64,000 nt of DNA from Methanobacteriota archaeon (GTDB lineage: Archaea > Halobacteriota > Methanosarcinia > Methanotrichales > Methanotrichaceae), in NCBI GenBank assembly GCA_029553285.1, contig JAKPCO010000106.1:1921-65920 (forward strand), written 5' to 3'. The notes below the pieces were generated by a model. It worked only from the letters and a program-made list of their open reading frames with translations, did not search any database and had not been told where the DNA came from. Of this stretch, positions 30,921 through 40,689 are shown in pieces (the stretch's first letter is position 1; each line of letters starts with the position of its first letter). Made by a program: the position numbers and the translations under genes.

Positions 30921-31267
30921 TTGCGCTCACCATAAACACACGCTACCGCATATTATATTAACTTTACATCCAGCCGTATCTCCTGATCATGGAAGGCTCT
31001 GTGCTTTCAGCAGGCTCTCACGACTCACGCACGCGGGAGTTGTGGCTGGTCTTCATGAGCATTGTGCTCTTCGCTGATCAGCATCGTGTACAGGAGTCAT
31101 ATGGTCTCTTGCGTACATGATGGTTCAGGAGATGCCCTCAGCGGATCAGACCCACACCCTGTTGCTCCACAGAATTGCTCGCAGTGATCTGGGACGCCCG
31201 CGCGAGGCAAGCATCAAATATATAGATCAGAAGGATAACGATCTGACTTAGAGGGCAGATATTGAGT

Positions 31268-33166
31268 ATGGAAGAACCGAACGAGTTGCTTGGCAGCATT
31301 CAGTTCGAGGATACGAGCAGCATCGCCGTCCCCGAGAGTCTTATAGATCAGGTCATAGGCCAGGAGGAGGCGGTGGAGGTGATCAGGAAGGCGGCACACC
31401 AGCGCCGCCACGTGATGCTCATAGGCTCGCCCGGCACCGGCAAATCGATGCTCGGAAAGGCCATGAGCGAGCTGCTTCCCGTGGAGGAGCTCCAGGACAT
31501 TCTGGTCTATCACAATCCAGAGGACAACAACAACCCGCGCATCAGGGTCGTGCCGGCAGGTCGGGGCAGGCAGATCGTGGATGCGCACAAGATGGAGGCC
31601 AGGAAGAAGGTCCAGACGAGGAACATGTTCTTCATGCTCATCGTCATGGGGCTGATTGTATACGCTTATTACACAGGCCAGCTTCTCTTCGGGATAATCG
31701 CAGCAGCGCTTATCTTTCTTTCAATGAGGTATCTCATACCAAAAGAGGATGTGTTCATCCCAAAGCTTCTGGTGGATAACAGCGGCAAGAAGACCGCTCC
31801 ATTCGTTGATGCGACAGGTGCGCACGCCGGAGCACTGCTCGGTGATGTCAGGCATGATCCCTTCCAGTCGGGTGGCCTCGAGACCCCAAGCCATGAGAGG
31901 GTCGAGTGCGGCGCTATACACAGAGCTCACAAGGGTGTATTGTTCATAGATGAGATCAACACGCTCCGTCTGGAGTCGCAGCAGAGTCTCCTCACAGCCC
32001 TGCAGGAGGGCGCTTACCCGATAACAGGGCAGAGTGAGAGGTCCTCGGGAGCGCTCGTGCGGACGGAGCCGGTGCCTTGCAGCTTCATAATGGTCGTCGC
32101 GGGGAACCTGGACGCGGTGCAGGGAATGCACCCGGCGCTCAGATCACGTATCAAGGGCTACGGCTATGAGGTCTACATGAGGGACACGATGGAGGACACT
32201 GTGGAGAACAGGGACAAGCTGATAAGGTTCGTGGCCCAGGAGGTCGTGCGGGACGGAAAGATCCCGCACTTCACGAGGGATGCTGTGGCCGAGATAATCA
32301 GAGAGGCTAAGAGGCGTTCCGGCAGAAAGGGGCATCTGACACTGATGCTTAGGGACCTCGGGGGACTGATACGCGTCGCCGGCGACATCGCGAGATCTGA
32401 GGGCGCTCCACTGACTGAGGCCAGACATGTCATAGAGGCGAAGAGGATGGCGAGATCTCTGGAGCAGCAGATGGCTGACAGGTATCTCGAGAGGAGAAAG
32501 GAGTACAGCATGTACAAGAACTCCGGCGATGAGGTTGGAAGGGTGAACGGGCTCGCTGTTATCGGCGACTCGGGCATCGTCCTGCCCATAATGGCCGAGG
32601 TGACCCCTGCCCAGTCCAAGGAGGAGGGGCGGGTGATCGCGACCGGCAGGCTACAGGAGATCGCGAAGGAGGCAGTGACAAACGTCTCAGCTCTGATCAA
32701 GAAGCTCCAGGGAGAGGACATAACAACAAAGGATGTTCACATTCAGTTCATCGGCACATACGAGGGCGTTGAGGGCGACAGCGCGTCGATATCTATAGCC
32801 ACAGCGGTCGTCTCCGCTCTTGAGGGAATACCCGTGAAGCAGAGCGTCGCGATGACCGGCTCCCTCTCTGTAAGAGGAGATGTGCTCCCCGTCGGCGGTG
32901 TAACACAGAAGATTGAGGCTGCTGCCCAGGCAGGGATAAAGACCGTGCTGATACCCAGATCCAACATGGGTGATGTGCTGGTGGATGAATCCATACGAGA
33001 TAAGATAGAGATCATACCTGTGTCCAATATCAGCGAGGTCTTCGAGTACAGCCTGGCCGGGCAGAGGTCCAAGCTCCTTGAGAAGCTCAGGAGGTTCGCG
33101 ACGGAGAAGAAGATAGGGATCTCACTGCCGGATGGTATTCCAAGCCCAGCGATGAGCATTCTCTAG
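31268..33166 (+). CDS. lonB: Archaeal membrane-bound Lon protease (LonB)
   Basis: Walker A GSPGTGKS, two TM helices inserted in the AAA module (FFMLIVMGLIVYAYY..IIAAALIFL), and a C-terminal Lon protease domain with GDSASIS and the catalytic Ser-Lys context. Confidence 0.9.
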   Translation: MEEPNELLGSIQFEDTSSIAVPESLIDQVIGQEEAVEVIRKAAHQRRHVMLIGSPGTGKSMLGKAMSELLPVEELQDILVYHNPEDNNNPRIRVVPAGRGRQIVDAHKMEARKKVQTRNMFFMLIVMGLIVYAYYTGQLLFGIIAAALIFLSMRYLIPKEDVFIPKLLVDNSGKKTAPFVDATGAHAGALLGDVRHDPFQSGGLETPSHERVECGAIHRAHKGVLFIDEINTLRLESQQSLLTALQEGAYPITGQSERSSGALVRTEPVPCSFIMVVAGNLDAVQGMHPALRSRIKGYGYEVYMRDTMEDTVENRDKLIRFVAQEVVRDGKIPHFTRDAVAEIIREAKRRSGRKGHLTLMLRDLGGLIRVAGDIARSEGAPLTEARHVIEAKRMARSLEQQMADRYLERRKEYSMYKNSGDEVGRVNGLAVIGDSGIVLPIMAEVTPAQSKEEGRVIATGRLQEIAKEAVTNVSALIKKLQGEDITTKDVHIQFIGTYEGVEGDSASISIATAVVSALEGIPVKQSVAMTGSLSVRGDVLPVGGVTQKIEAAAQAGIKTVLIPRSNMGDVLVDESIRDKIEIIPVSNISEVFEYSLAGQRSKLLEKLRRFATEKKIGISLPDGIPSPAMSIL

Positions 33167-33174
33167 TGATCTGC

Positions 33175-34488
33175 ATGGAGTTCTTCGATACCAGGATCGT
33201 CAGGGGCCGGAGGGTAAGCATAGTTGTTGACAACTCGAAGGTCGAGGAGATTTCGGAGAGCATATTCCAGGGTGTGGCTGTCAGAGCTCTCGTGGACGGA
33301 GCATGGGGCTTTGTGAAGAGCGACAGCATTGAAGAGCTGGAGAAGAGCATCGAGAGGGCCAAAAGGATGGCCGGATCGGTCAATGGTCGTGAGATACTGC
33401 ATCTGGCCGAGGGGGAGAGGGGAGTGAGCTGCAGGGTGCCGGTGAAGAGGGACCCATTATCGGTCTCCCTGGAGGAGAAGGTCGATCTCGTCAGGGAGAT
33501 AGAGAGGGCAGCGAGGCTCCCCGGGATCACAAGTACGCGTGTCTTCTACACAGATATCCTCACTGAAACAGAGTACAGCAGCTCGGAGGGGGCATCGCTG
33601 AGAAGCTCCGTGACCAGGACTGGCTTTGGGATAAGTGCCGTTGCCACCAGGGCAGGCCTCCTCCAGTCGAGCAGCGAGATAAGAGCCGGCGTCTGCGGGC
33701 TGGAGCTGATCGAGCAGGAGGATCCCTTTGAGCTCGCACGCAAGGCATCTAAAACAGCCCTCGATCTGCTTGACGCAAGGGTCCCCAAGGGCGGAAGGTT
33801 TCCGGTCGTGCTGGACCAGGAGCTGGGCGGGGTCTTCATACACGAAGCAGTGGGTCATGCAGCAGAAGGGGACATAGTTCTTGAGGGCGGCTCGATACTC
33901 CAGGGTAGGATCGGGGAGCTGATAGGCTCTGAGCTTGTAACCGTTAAAGACGATCCATCCCTCATGCATTACGGCCACTATCCCTTCGATGATGAGGGGT
34001 CTGCAGCCAGGGAAACGGTTCTCGTTGAGAATGGTATACTCAGATCGTATCTTCATACAAGAGAGACAGCTGGAAGGCTGGGAGGAGATCCACGGAACGC
34101 CAGGGCTCAGGGATACAACCGGCCGATAGTGAGGATGTCAAACACATACATTGCCAACGGAGACTGGAGTTTGGAAGAGATCTTTGAGGAGATGAGGGAT
34201 GGAGTTTACCTCATAGGGAGCCGCGGTGGCCAGGTCAACACCGCTGAGGGGATATTCCAGTTCAACGCCAGGAGAGGTTATCTTGTGAGGGACGGAGAGC
34301 TTGCCGAGCTCATAAGAGATGTATCCCTATCGGGCCAGACCCTGAGCATTCTTCAGGGAGTCAGAGCGGTAGCAGACGATCTCAGGTTCAACAGCGGAGG
34401 GTGCGGAAAGGGTGGTCAGGTCGTGCCTGTGGGTGATGGGGCGCCGCACATCCTGATAGAGGAGGCAGTGGTCGGCGGTGCCGGCTAG
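33175..34488 (+). CDS. tldD: TldD/PmbA-family metalloprotease
   Basis: HEAVGHAAEGD zinc motif and C-terminal GxC...GKGGQ pattern. Start is ATG 33175 or GTG 33166 (overlapping the lonB stop). Confidence 0.85.
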   Translation: MEFFDTRIVRGRRVSIVVDNSKVEEISESIFQGVAVRALVDGAWGFVKSDSIEELEKSIERAKRMAGSVNGREILHLAEGERGVSCRVPVKRDPLSVSLEEKVDLVREIERAARLPGITSTRVFYTDILTETEYSSSEGASLRSSVTRTGFGISAVATRAGLLQSSSEIRAGVCGLELIEQEDPFELARKASKTALDLLDARVPKGGRFPVVLDQELGGVFIHEAVGHAAEGDIVLEGGSILQGRIGELIGSELVTVKDDPSLMHYGHYPFDDEGSAARETVLVENGILRSYLHTRETAGRLGGDPRNARAQGYNRPIVRMSNTYIANGDWSLEEIFEEMRDGVYLIGSRGGQVNTAEGIFQFNARRGYLVRDGELAELIRDVSLSGQTLSILQGVRAVADDLRFNSGGCGKGGQVVPVGDGAPHILIEEAVVGGAG

Positions 34489-34704
34489 AATTCATGCTTT
34501 CAATCCCTGCGCCTGGTCGTACACCTCAACCCACTCACCTGTGACCGGTTGTGGTGTGTCAGTCTGCTCGAAAGCCGGTGATTTCAGTCAGAATATTTTA
34601 TTATTAATATGATAATCGAGCTGCACAACACAAGCTATAAATACAGGAGTGGAAAGTAGGCATAACGCCGGTGGTTGCATAAAATCAGGTTCCTGTGGTC
34701 TTGT

Positions 34705-34779
34705 GGGCCTGTAGCTTAGTCCGGTTAGAGCGCTCGGCTCATAACCGAGTGGTCGCCGGTTCAAATCCGGCCAGGCCCA
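34705..34779 (+). tRNA. tRNA with CAU anticodon (elongator Met or Ile2; not initiator-like)
   Basis: Cloverleaf: GGGCCTG/CAGGCCC acceptor, anticodon arm CTCGG-CTCATAA-CCGAG, T arm GCCGG-TTCAAAT-CCGGC. Lacks the GGG/CCC anticodon stem of initiators. TATA-like CATAAAAT lies ~25 nt upstream. Confidence 0.85.
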
Positions 34780-34907
34780 TGTCCATTATGTCTGATGGTT
34801 TCCTGAAGTTTTGACAGGCACATTTCAAAACCGCATCACTGTTGCGATATGTGATCCTGCGGTGCATCTTCCAGTGTAGCAGGTCGCTTCTAAAGCGAAC
34901 ATCATGC

Positions 34908-37142
34908 TCAGCATGTGGACGATCCGGGCACCTCACCGCCCTGCTCCCCTCCGGAGATGATGCTCCTGGCCGACTTCTGCCAGGCGATTATCTTTTTGAT
35001 GCTGATACCGGTCGACTCTGCGATGCTGGCAGGATCTGTGGACACAAGCGCATCGAGCGTCTTTATTCCCCCATTCTCGAGGCGTTCCCTGCTCTTCGGG
35101 CCTATTCCCGGGACATCACCGAGCTCGGGCATACGCCGCGTTTCCGATCCCTTTTTCGCCTGCCAGTTGTTGAAGTTGCAGTATGGACATCCGAGATCCC
35201 ATGGCCTCTTACCGCGATTTATGATTCTGATGTGGTTCATGCCATGCGTCTCGCATCTCCGCTCTGTGACCACTATCATGCCTCCTCTGGGAAGAGGAAG
35301 CGTGAACCTGCACTCAGGATACCCGGAGCATCCCACGAACCTGGCACCTCTCCTGCCGCGTCGTATAATCAGATCCGATCCGCAGAGGCTGCATCTGCCC
35401 ACTATCCTGTCGACGCGAAGCCCCTCCCTCAGCGAATCTTCGATCTCCTTCCTGTGGGCGAGAAGCTCATCGAATACAGCCTCGAGCATCTGCCTCGACT
35501 CCTCGATGACCTCGCCCTTTGTGATCTTCTGCTCCGCGATCTTGAGCATGTCATTCTCAAGGGTTCGTGTCATCTCTGGCTTCGTGATCGCAGGGGCGTG
35601 GCGCTGGAGCGTATCCACAACAGCGTACGCTGTCTTCGTCGGTCTTATCGGGTTGCCATGGATGTAGGCTCTCGCATATAGCTTGCTTATTATATCGTGT
35701 CTTGTTGACTTAGTGCCCAGTCCGAGCTCGTCCATGAGCCTGACCAGACGCCCCTGCCCGAACCTGGCCGGCGGCTGGGTCTCCTTCGAGAGAACCTCAT
35801 GGCCGAGAACCCTCAGTTCCTCTCCCTCCTCGATCGGAGGAAGGACGTTCTCCTCTGCCCTGCTGTATGGATAGTACCTCCTCCAGCCCTGGTCCAGGAT
35901 CCTGGAGCCGTTCGCCCTGAAGAGCTCATCCCCGATATCAAAGCTTACGCTCGTCGTCTCCCAGACGCACTCTCCTGAGAGTGTCGCGAAGAACCGCCTC
36001 ACAACGAGCTCGTATATCCTCCACTGATCCTCTTTGAGATCTTTTTTATCAGCGACCGACGTCGGGTATATTGGGGGATGATCCGTGGTCGAGCGTTTCC
36101 CCCTTGTGGGTATGAGGCTGCCCTTCATCAGCTCCAGGGCATCCTCGCGGAACGGGCCTGAGGATAGCATCTCGAGCAGCGATCTCAGATCGATCGATGG
36201 AGGGTAAACGGTATTATCTGTTCTGGGATAGCTGATGTACCCGTTTGTGTATAGATCCTCCGCGATCCTCATCGCGTTTGCTGCTGTGAAGCCAATGCTG
36301 CTGGCCGCGCTGATGAAGCTGGTGGTATCGAAAGGCGTTGGCGGCCTGTCCCTTCTCTCCCCTCTGGAGATCGATCTCACGCGCGCCACGTCGCTCAGAG
36401 AATTCAGTATACGATCGACCTCGTCCCTGTTCCAGATCCTGGATTTCGCATGCCTCGCCCTTATTCCCTTCTCCAGATCTGCGTAAATCTCCCAGTAGGG
36501 TTTCGGCTGGAACGACTCTATCTCCTTCTCGCGATCCACGATCAGAGCCAGGGTTGGCGACTGGACTCTTCCCACAGAGAGGAACTCCTTGCCGAGCCGG
36601 CCTGATGTGATTGATACGAATCGCGTCAGGGCTGCACCCCACACGAGGTCTATGATCTGCCTCGCCTCGCCTGATGCGGCAAGATTGAAGTCGACCTCGC
36701 CTGGCTGGGCGAATGCCCTGAGGATCTCGCTTTTTGTTATGGCGCTGAACCGCACCCTGTCAGCTTTTACAGACGGATTGACCTCCTGCAGTATGCGTAG
36801 AGCCTCAACACCTATGAGCTCGCCCTCTCTGTCGTAGTCTGTGGCGATCGTGACATGATCCGCTTCCATGCCGAGCTTTCTGAGCGCAGAGACTATCCGC
36901 TCCTGTGTGGGTTTCGATACGATCTCCGCCCTGATGAGATCCCTGTAATCCACCCTCTGCCAGTTGTTGTAGCTCTCGGGATAATCAAGGCCCACGATAT
37001 GGCCGCTGAGGCCTATGACAACACGATCATCAAAACGAAATGTATCGACCCCGGAGACCCTCGCAACAGCCGGCTTCTTACCGGCAAGAATCTCGGATAT
37101 CCGCCTCGCAGCATCGTGCTTCTCAGCAATGATGAGGTGCAT
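34908..37142 (-). CDS. topA: Type IA DNA topoisomerase (TopA) with C-terminal zinc ribbons and HhH motifs
   Basis: 744 aa. Toprim N-terminus MHLIIAEKHDAARRIS, ATDYDREGE, active-site YISYPRTDN, CSLCGS...CSGYPEC zinc ribbon, GIGPKSRERL HhH. Confidence 0.9.
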   Translation of the reverse strand: MHLIIAEKHDAARRISEILAGKKPAVARVSGVDTFRFDDRVVIGLSGHIVGLDYPESYNNWQRVDYRDLIRAEIVSKPTQERIVSALRKLGMEADHVTIATDYDREGELIGVEALRILQEVNPSVKADRVRFSAITKSEILRAFAQPGEVDFNLAASGEARQIIDLVWGAALTRFVSITSGRLGKEFLSVGRVQSPTLALIVDREKEIESFQPKPYWEIYADLEKGIRARHAKSRIWNRDEVDRILNSLSDVARVRSISRGERRDRPPTPFDTTSFISAASSIGFTAANAMRIAEDLYTNGYISYPRTDNTVYPPSIDLRSLLEMLSSGPFREDALELMKGSLIPTRGKRSTTDHPPIYPTSVADKKDLKEDQWRIYELVVRRFFATLSGECVWETTSVSFDIGDELFRANGSRILDQGWRRYYPYSRAEENVLPPIEEGEELRVLGHEVLSKETQPPARFGQGRLVRLMDELGLGTKSTRHDIISKLYARAYIHGNPIRPTKTAYAVVDTLQRHAPAITKPEMTRTLENDMLKIAEQKITKGEVIEESRQMLEAVFDELLAHRKEIEDSLREGLRVDRIVGRCSLCGSDLIIRRGRRGARFVGCSGYPECRFTLPLPRGGMIVVTERRCETHGMNHIRIINRGKRPWDLGCPYCNFNNWQAKKGSETRRMPELGDVPGIGPKSRERLENGGIKTLDALVSTDPASIAESTGISIKKIIAWQKSARSIISGGEQGGEVPGSSTC

Positions 37143-37340
37143 TCATCTCCGGAGACTCTTACAGGAAATATAAGAATCTGTCGGGATCGATGGTGTATCA
37201 TGAACTCCTGATCTTCTGGATTGATGTGCGGAGAATACACTCCTGGCGGAAACAGTCGCTCATGCCACTCGGCCCCGTCCAGCGTGATGGGCGTAAAGTC
37301 TATATAAGGATCTGAAAAAGGGGAACGGAGGTTATCGATC

Positions 37341-37724
37341 ATGAAGTGGCAGGGAAAGTCGGCTAGAAAGCCCACTGGTGGGAGGCTGGTTCCGGCCAGA
37401 GGGAAGAGGAAGTATGAGCTGGGCAGAGAGCCAGCAGAGACGCTCATCGGCGCAATCCGGGTCAAGAAGATACGCACACGTGGTGGCAACCAGAAGCTAC
37501 GCCTTCTGAGGACAGATATGGCCAACGTCTCGGATCCGGTCACGGGTGCCACAAAGCTCGTGAGGATCGAGACCGTGGTGGACAACCCGGCGAACCGGCA
37601 TTACGTGAGGAGAAACATCATCACACGGGGCGCTGTGATAAGGACCGAGATCGGCGAGGCAAGGGTCGTGAGCAGGCCCGGGCAGGACGGCGTGGTTAAT
37701 GCTGTTCTCCTGCCGAAGCACTGA
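37341..37724 (+). CDS. rps8e: 30S ribosomal protein S8e
   Basis: 127 aa. [40 protein letters not shown] and TATA-like TCTATATAAGG upstream. Confidence 0.9.
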   Translation: MKWQGKSARKPTGGRLVPARGKRKYELGREPAETLIGAIRVKKIRTRGGNQKLRLLRTDMANVSDPVTGATKLVRIETVVDNPANRHYVRRNIITRGAVIRTEIGEARVVSRPGQDGVVNAVLLPKH

Positions 37725-37801
37725 TGTGCAGAGGCAGGACATCCTGATCCTCTTCAGCTAGCGCATCCGAGCTGGCTTCTCAGGCAGTGATTGCATATCT
37801 T

Positions 37802-37926
37802 CGCTCTTATCCATCAGATAACTTGCCCGAAGAGGCACCCAGTCCTGCTATACGCTCGTGGCGAGCGAATGAGTGCATTCAGCAACAAGCTTGCATGTCT
37901 TTCAAGTTGCTGAATACATAAGAGCG
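37802..37926 (-). mobile_element. MITE-like element family A, copy 8
   Basis: Near-exact reverse complement of copy 2. 8-bp TSD CATATCTT at 37794-37801 and 37927-37934. Confidence 0.9.
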
Positions 37927-38103
37927 CATATCTTTTGTGTGCCGGAGCGATTCGGTCTGGCATGGGTCTTCTCAGACCCTGTGATGAAATCGATGTCGTG
38001 CATGCCTCACATAGCATGGCACAGATCTGCCAAGTTGAGCTGGTCCGAAAGATCATCAGATAGTTATTTATCCTATTGAGATTGATTTTTTGAGGGGGTC
38101 CTG

Positions 38104-38433
38104 ATGCAGAAGCGTTTATTGATATGCATGCTTTTCCTGATGTCGTTGCTGGTTCAGGAAGCAGCATCGCTCAGAATGTACTCTGATGAATCCATAACAA
38201 TTGATTCTCCGGTGGATGACGATATCTTCGCGGCGGGCAGTGTGGTGAACATAAATGCGCCTGTTGAGAGCGCCATCGTGGCAGGAGGCGTTGTCACCGT
38301 GAACGCGCCGGTAGCTGGAGATCTCATTCTGGCCGGAGGTCAGGTGGTTCTTCGATCTGACATTGGCGGAAAGCTGGTTGCTGCTGGAAGCAGGATCAAT
38401 ACTCCTCAAGGATACAGAGAAATGCTGTGCTGA
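38104..38433 (+). CDS. Secreted beta-helical (bactofilin-like AGGxV repeat) protein, or N-terminal part of a split gene
   Basis: Signal peptide, then repeats AAGSVVNINAPV / VAGGVVTVNAPV / LAGGQVVLRSDI / VAAGSRIN. The stop TGA overlaps the next ATG (TGATG). Confidence 0.55.
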   Translation: MQKRLLICMLFLMSLLVQEAASLRMYSDESITIDSPVDDDIFAAGSVVNINAPVESAIVAGGVVTVNAPVAGDLILAGGQVVLRSDIGGKLVAAGSRINTPQGYREMLC

Positions 38434-39098
38434 TGGGCGAGGATATCAGCATGCTTTCCAACACGACAGTTGGAAGAGACGCTCTCATCGGGGCGAAGCG
38501 GTTCAGCAACCAGGGAAGCATCAACGGCACGCTCACCGTTGCGGCGGAGCAGTTCGAGAACAACGGAACTGCTGGGCGTGTGGAGTTCCAGAAGATCGAG
38601 AGCAGGCGTGAGGACACCCAATTCATCAGCCTGTTCCATATGCTCAGCATCATCGGCTATCTTCTGCTCGGCCTGATCGGCCTCAGGTTGTTCCCATGGC
38701 TCTTCAGGGCATCTGAGGCCAGGATGCTCCGCGATCCGGCGATCGAGACTCTTGTGGGATTCCTGGCGATGATCGTGGCCCTCATCCTTGCTGTGATACT
38801 GGCCATAACGATTGTGGGCATACCGATATCGGTAATGCTCCTGCTCCTCCTCGCAGTGGGCATCATGCTCTCATGTCTTCTCGTATCATTCACGCTGGGA
38901 AGGAGGATGACGGCTCTGCTCAGGACCGGAACGGGCGGCTCGGTTTCATTCACAGTTGGGTACGTGATACTCAACATGCTGTTCCTGCTGCCCTACATCG
39001 GCTGGATCTTCATGCTGATCTCGGTGTCCATGGGCTTTGGTGCGCTGCTGTATGTTGCCAGGGATGGGGCTTCAGCGCAGCTGACCACCACAGCATAA
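38433..39098 (+). CDS. Membrane protein continuing the same repeat type, with ~4 C-terminal TM helices
   Basis: The N-terminus (GEDISMLSNTTVGRDALIGAKRFSNQGSINGTLTVAA) continues the repeat pattern. The C-terminal half is strongly hydrophobic. Confidence 0.55.
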   Translation: MGEDISMLSNTTVGRDALIGAKRFSNQGSINGTLTVAAEQFENNGTAGRVEFQKIESRREDTQFISLFHMLSIIGYLLLGLIGLRLFPWLFRASEARMLRDPAIETLVGFLAMIVALILAVILAITIVGIPISVMLLLLLAVGIMLSCLLVSFTLGRRMTALLRTGTGGSVSFTVGYVILNMLFLLPYIGWIFMLISVSMGFGALLYVARDGASAQLTTTA

Positions 39099-39283
39099 AC
39101 TTTCAGGAATGGTGAGGGCGGAAGGCTCCCTGCATTCAGGGACGAAAGCGGAGCCCTCATCCTCTGCGCAAACAACATTTGTACTGAGTATGATCTTTAA
39201 TATGGGTTTGCAGCGTTGATGCTGATATTTTTCAGGCTATGTGGAAATTCTTATATATCGAGAAATCTTGATACGTAAGCGGA

Positions 39284-39673
39284 ATGCCTGAAATTACTGA
39301 CAGATCTGTGGAGAAGCTCACAAGGCTGATCGGTGATGAGGAGCGGGCGAGGCTCAAGATCCAGAGGCTTCGCTCTCTGGCAGACGTCGTAGAGAGTGAT
39401 GTACAGGATGAGGTGAATATCTTCAAGGCCCTCTCAGATCCGTGCAGGCTTGCCATTCTGAAGCTTCTCCAGAATGGGGAGTTCTGCGTCTGCGAGATAA
39501 TGACAGCACTGGATCGACCGCAGTCGACGACGTCCCATCACCTCTCCATACTGAAGGATGCTGGGCTCATAAAAGAGCGGAAGGTGGGCAAGTGGTCGAA
39601 CTACCGCCTCGCGGATGGCGCTGTGATCGAGATCATGAACCAGGCGCGCTTGCTATCGAGATTACAGAAATAG
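39284..39673 (+). CDS. arsR: ArsR/SmtB-family metalloregulator with CVC arsenite-binding motif
   Basis: LSDPCRLAILKLLQNGEFCVCEIMTALDRPQSTTSHHLSILKDAGLI. The EFCVCE motif corresponds to the As(III)-binding ELCVCD site of classical ArsR. Confidence 0.85.
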   Translation: MPEITDRSVEKLTRLIGDEERARLKIQRLRSLADVVESDVQDEVNIFKALSDPCRLAILKLLQNGEFCVCEIMTALDRPQSTTSHHLSILKDAGLIKERKVGKWSNYRLADGAVIEIMNQARLLSRLQK

Positions 39674-39677
39674 TCGG

Positions 39678-40685
39678 ATGATCGCAATGACGATAAAGAT
39701 CGTGGCAATTCTCATGGTATCTGCGGTACTGTTGTCGCTGCCGTCAGCGCTCGCGGGCTGCGCGTGTTCTGCCGGAGGCACATGGGATCCGTACGCATTC
39801 CTGAATTACAACCCCCTCCAGGGCGCCAGCCCCACTGCTGAAGGGAGGAGCGCTGTGGTGCAGGACGATTACAGATCAGATGATTTCCCGAATGGCGATA
39901 TTCTCAGGCCCATGCCATCAGTCTCCAGCTCGGATACGGTCCTGGAGATCTCAGAGGAAGAGAACTCGAGTGATGGCGCTTACGTGAATGGCGCCCTGAG
40001 GCTGAGCCGGAGGTCGCTGGTGAATCAGAACGGCACCTTTAAGAGCCCCGATGAGATCGCGAGCGCTCTTGGAAGCATTGGCGTTGTTAATTCAGATAGA
40101 ATTGTTGTATACGGTGATGATCTGGGGGCTGCTGCTCTGGGGTTCTTCGCCCTGAGGCAGGTGGGTCACAGGGATGTGGGCCTCCTGGATGGAGGTGTTG
40201 AGAGATGGAGATCGTTGGGCCTTCCTGTGCAGAGCGCCCCATCTGTGAGGGAGGAGAGCGTTTACATCCCACACAAACAGGACCTTGTGGCATCATATGA
40301 TTATGTCATGAGCGGAGAGGCGCAGATCGTCGATGCGCGGCCCTTCAGGGATTTCGGCATCTCCAGGATACCAGGGGCTATTCACATCGATTCCGAGAGG
40401 GTCAGAGACGGAGACAGAATCGCGGATAACGAGACGCTCATGGGATTGTTCGCGCCTCTTCAGAGAGACCGGCCTGTTGCTGTCTACTCCGAGAACCCGG
40501 ATCAGGCATCCATAGTGTGGTTCGCTCTCCAGCTGATGGGCTACAACGCCACGATCTACTCCTGGAGTGACTGGGTGTCGCACAGCACAGCAGTGACTCA
40601 AACCGCGCCCGGAGCGCTCGGTCACAGCTCCGTGGCGGGATCTGACCCGGGATCCGGGAGCAGGTACAGAAAGCTGGGAAGGTGA
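39678..40685 (+). CDS. Secreted tandem rhodanese-like protein lacking the catalytic cysteine
   Basis: Signal peptide ending [10 protein letters not shown]. Two rhodanese-fold units. The active-site-loop position reads [10 protein letters not shown] instead of CxxGxxx. Paralog of 54922-56379. Confidence 0.7.
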   Translation: MIAMTIKIVAILMVSAVLLSLPSALAGCACSAGGTWDPYAFLNYNPLQGASPTAEGRSAVVQDDYRSDDFPNGDILRPMPSVSSSDTVLEISEEENSSDGAYVNGALRLSRRSLVNQNGTFKSPDEIASALGSIGVVNSDRIVVYGDDLGAAALGFFALRQVGHRDVGLLDGGVERWRSLGLPVQSAPSVREESVYIPHKQDLVASYDYVMSGEAQIVDARPFRDFGISRIPGAIHIDSERVRDGDRIADNETLMGLFAPLQRDRPVAVYSENPDQASIVWFALQLMGYNATIYSWSDWVSHSTAVTQTAPGALGHSSVAGSDPGSGSRYRKLGR

Positions 40686-40689
40686 TGTA

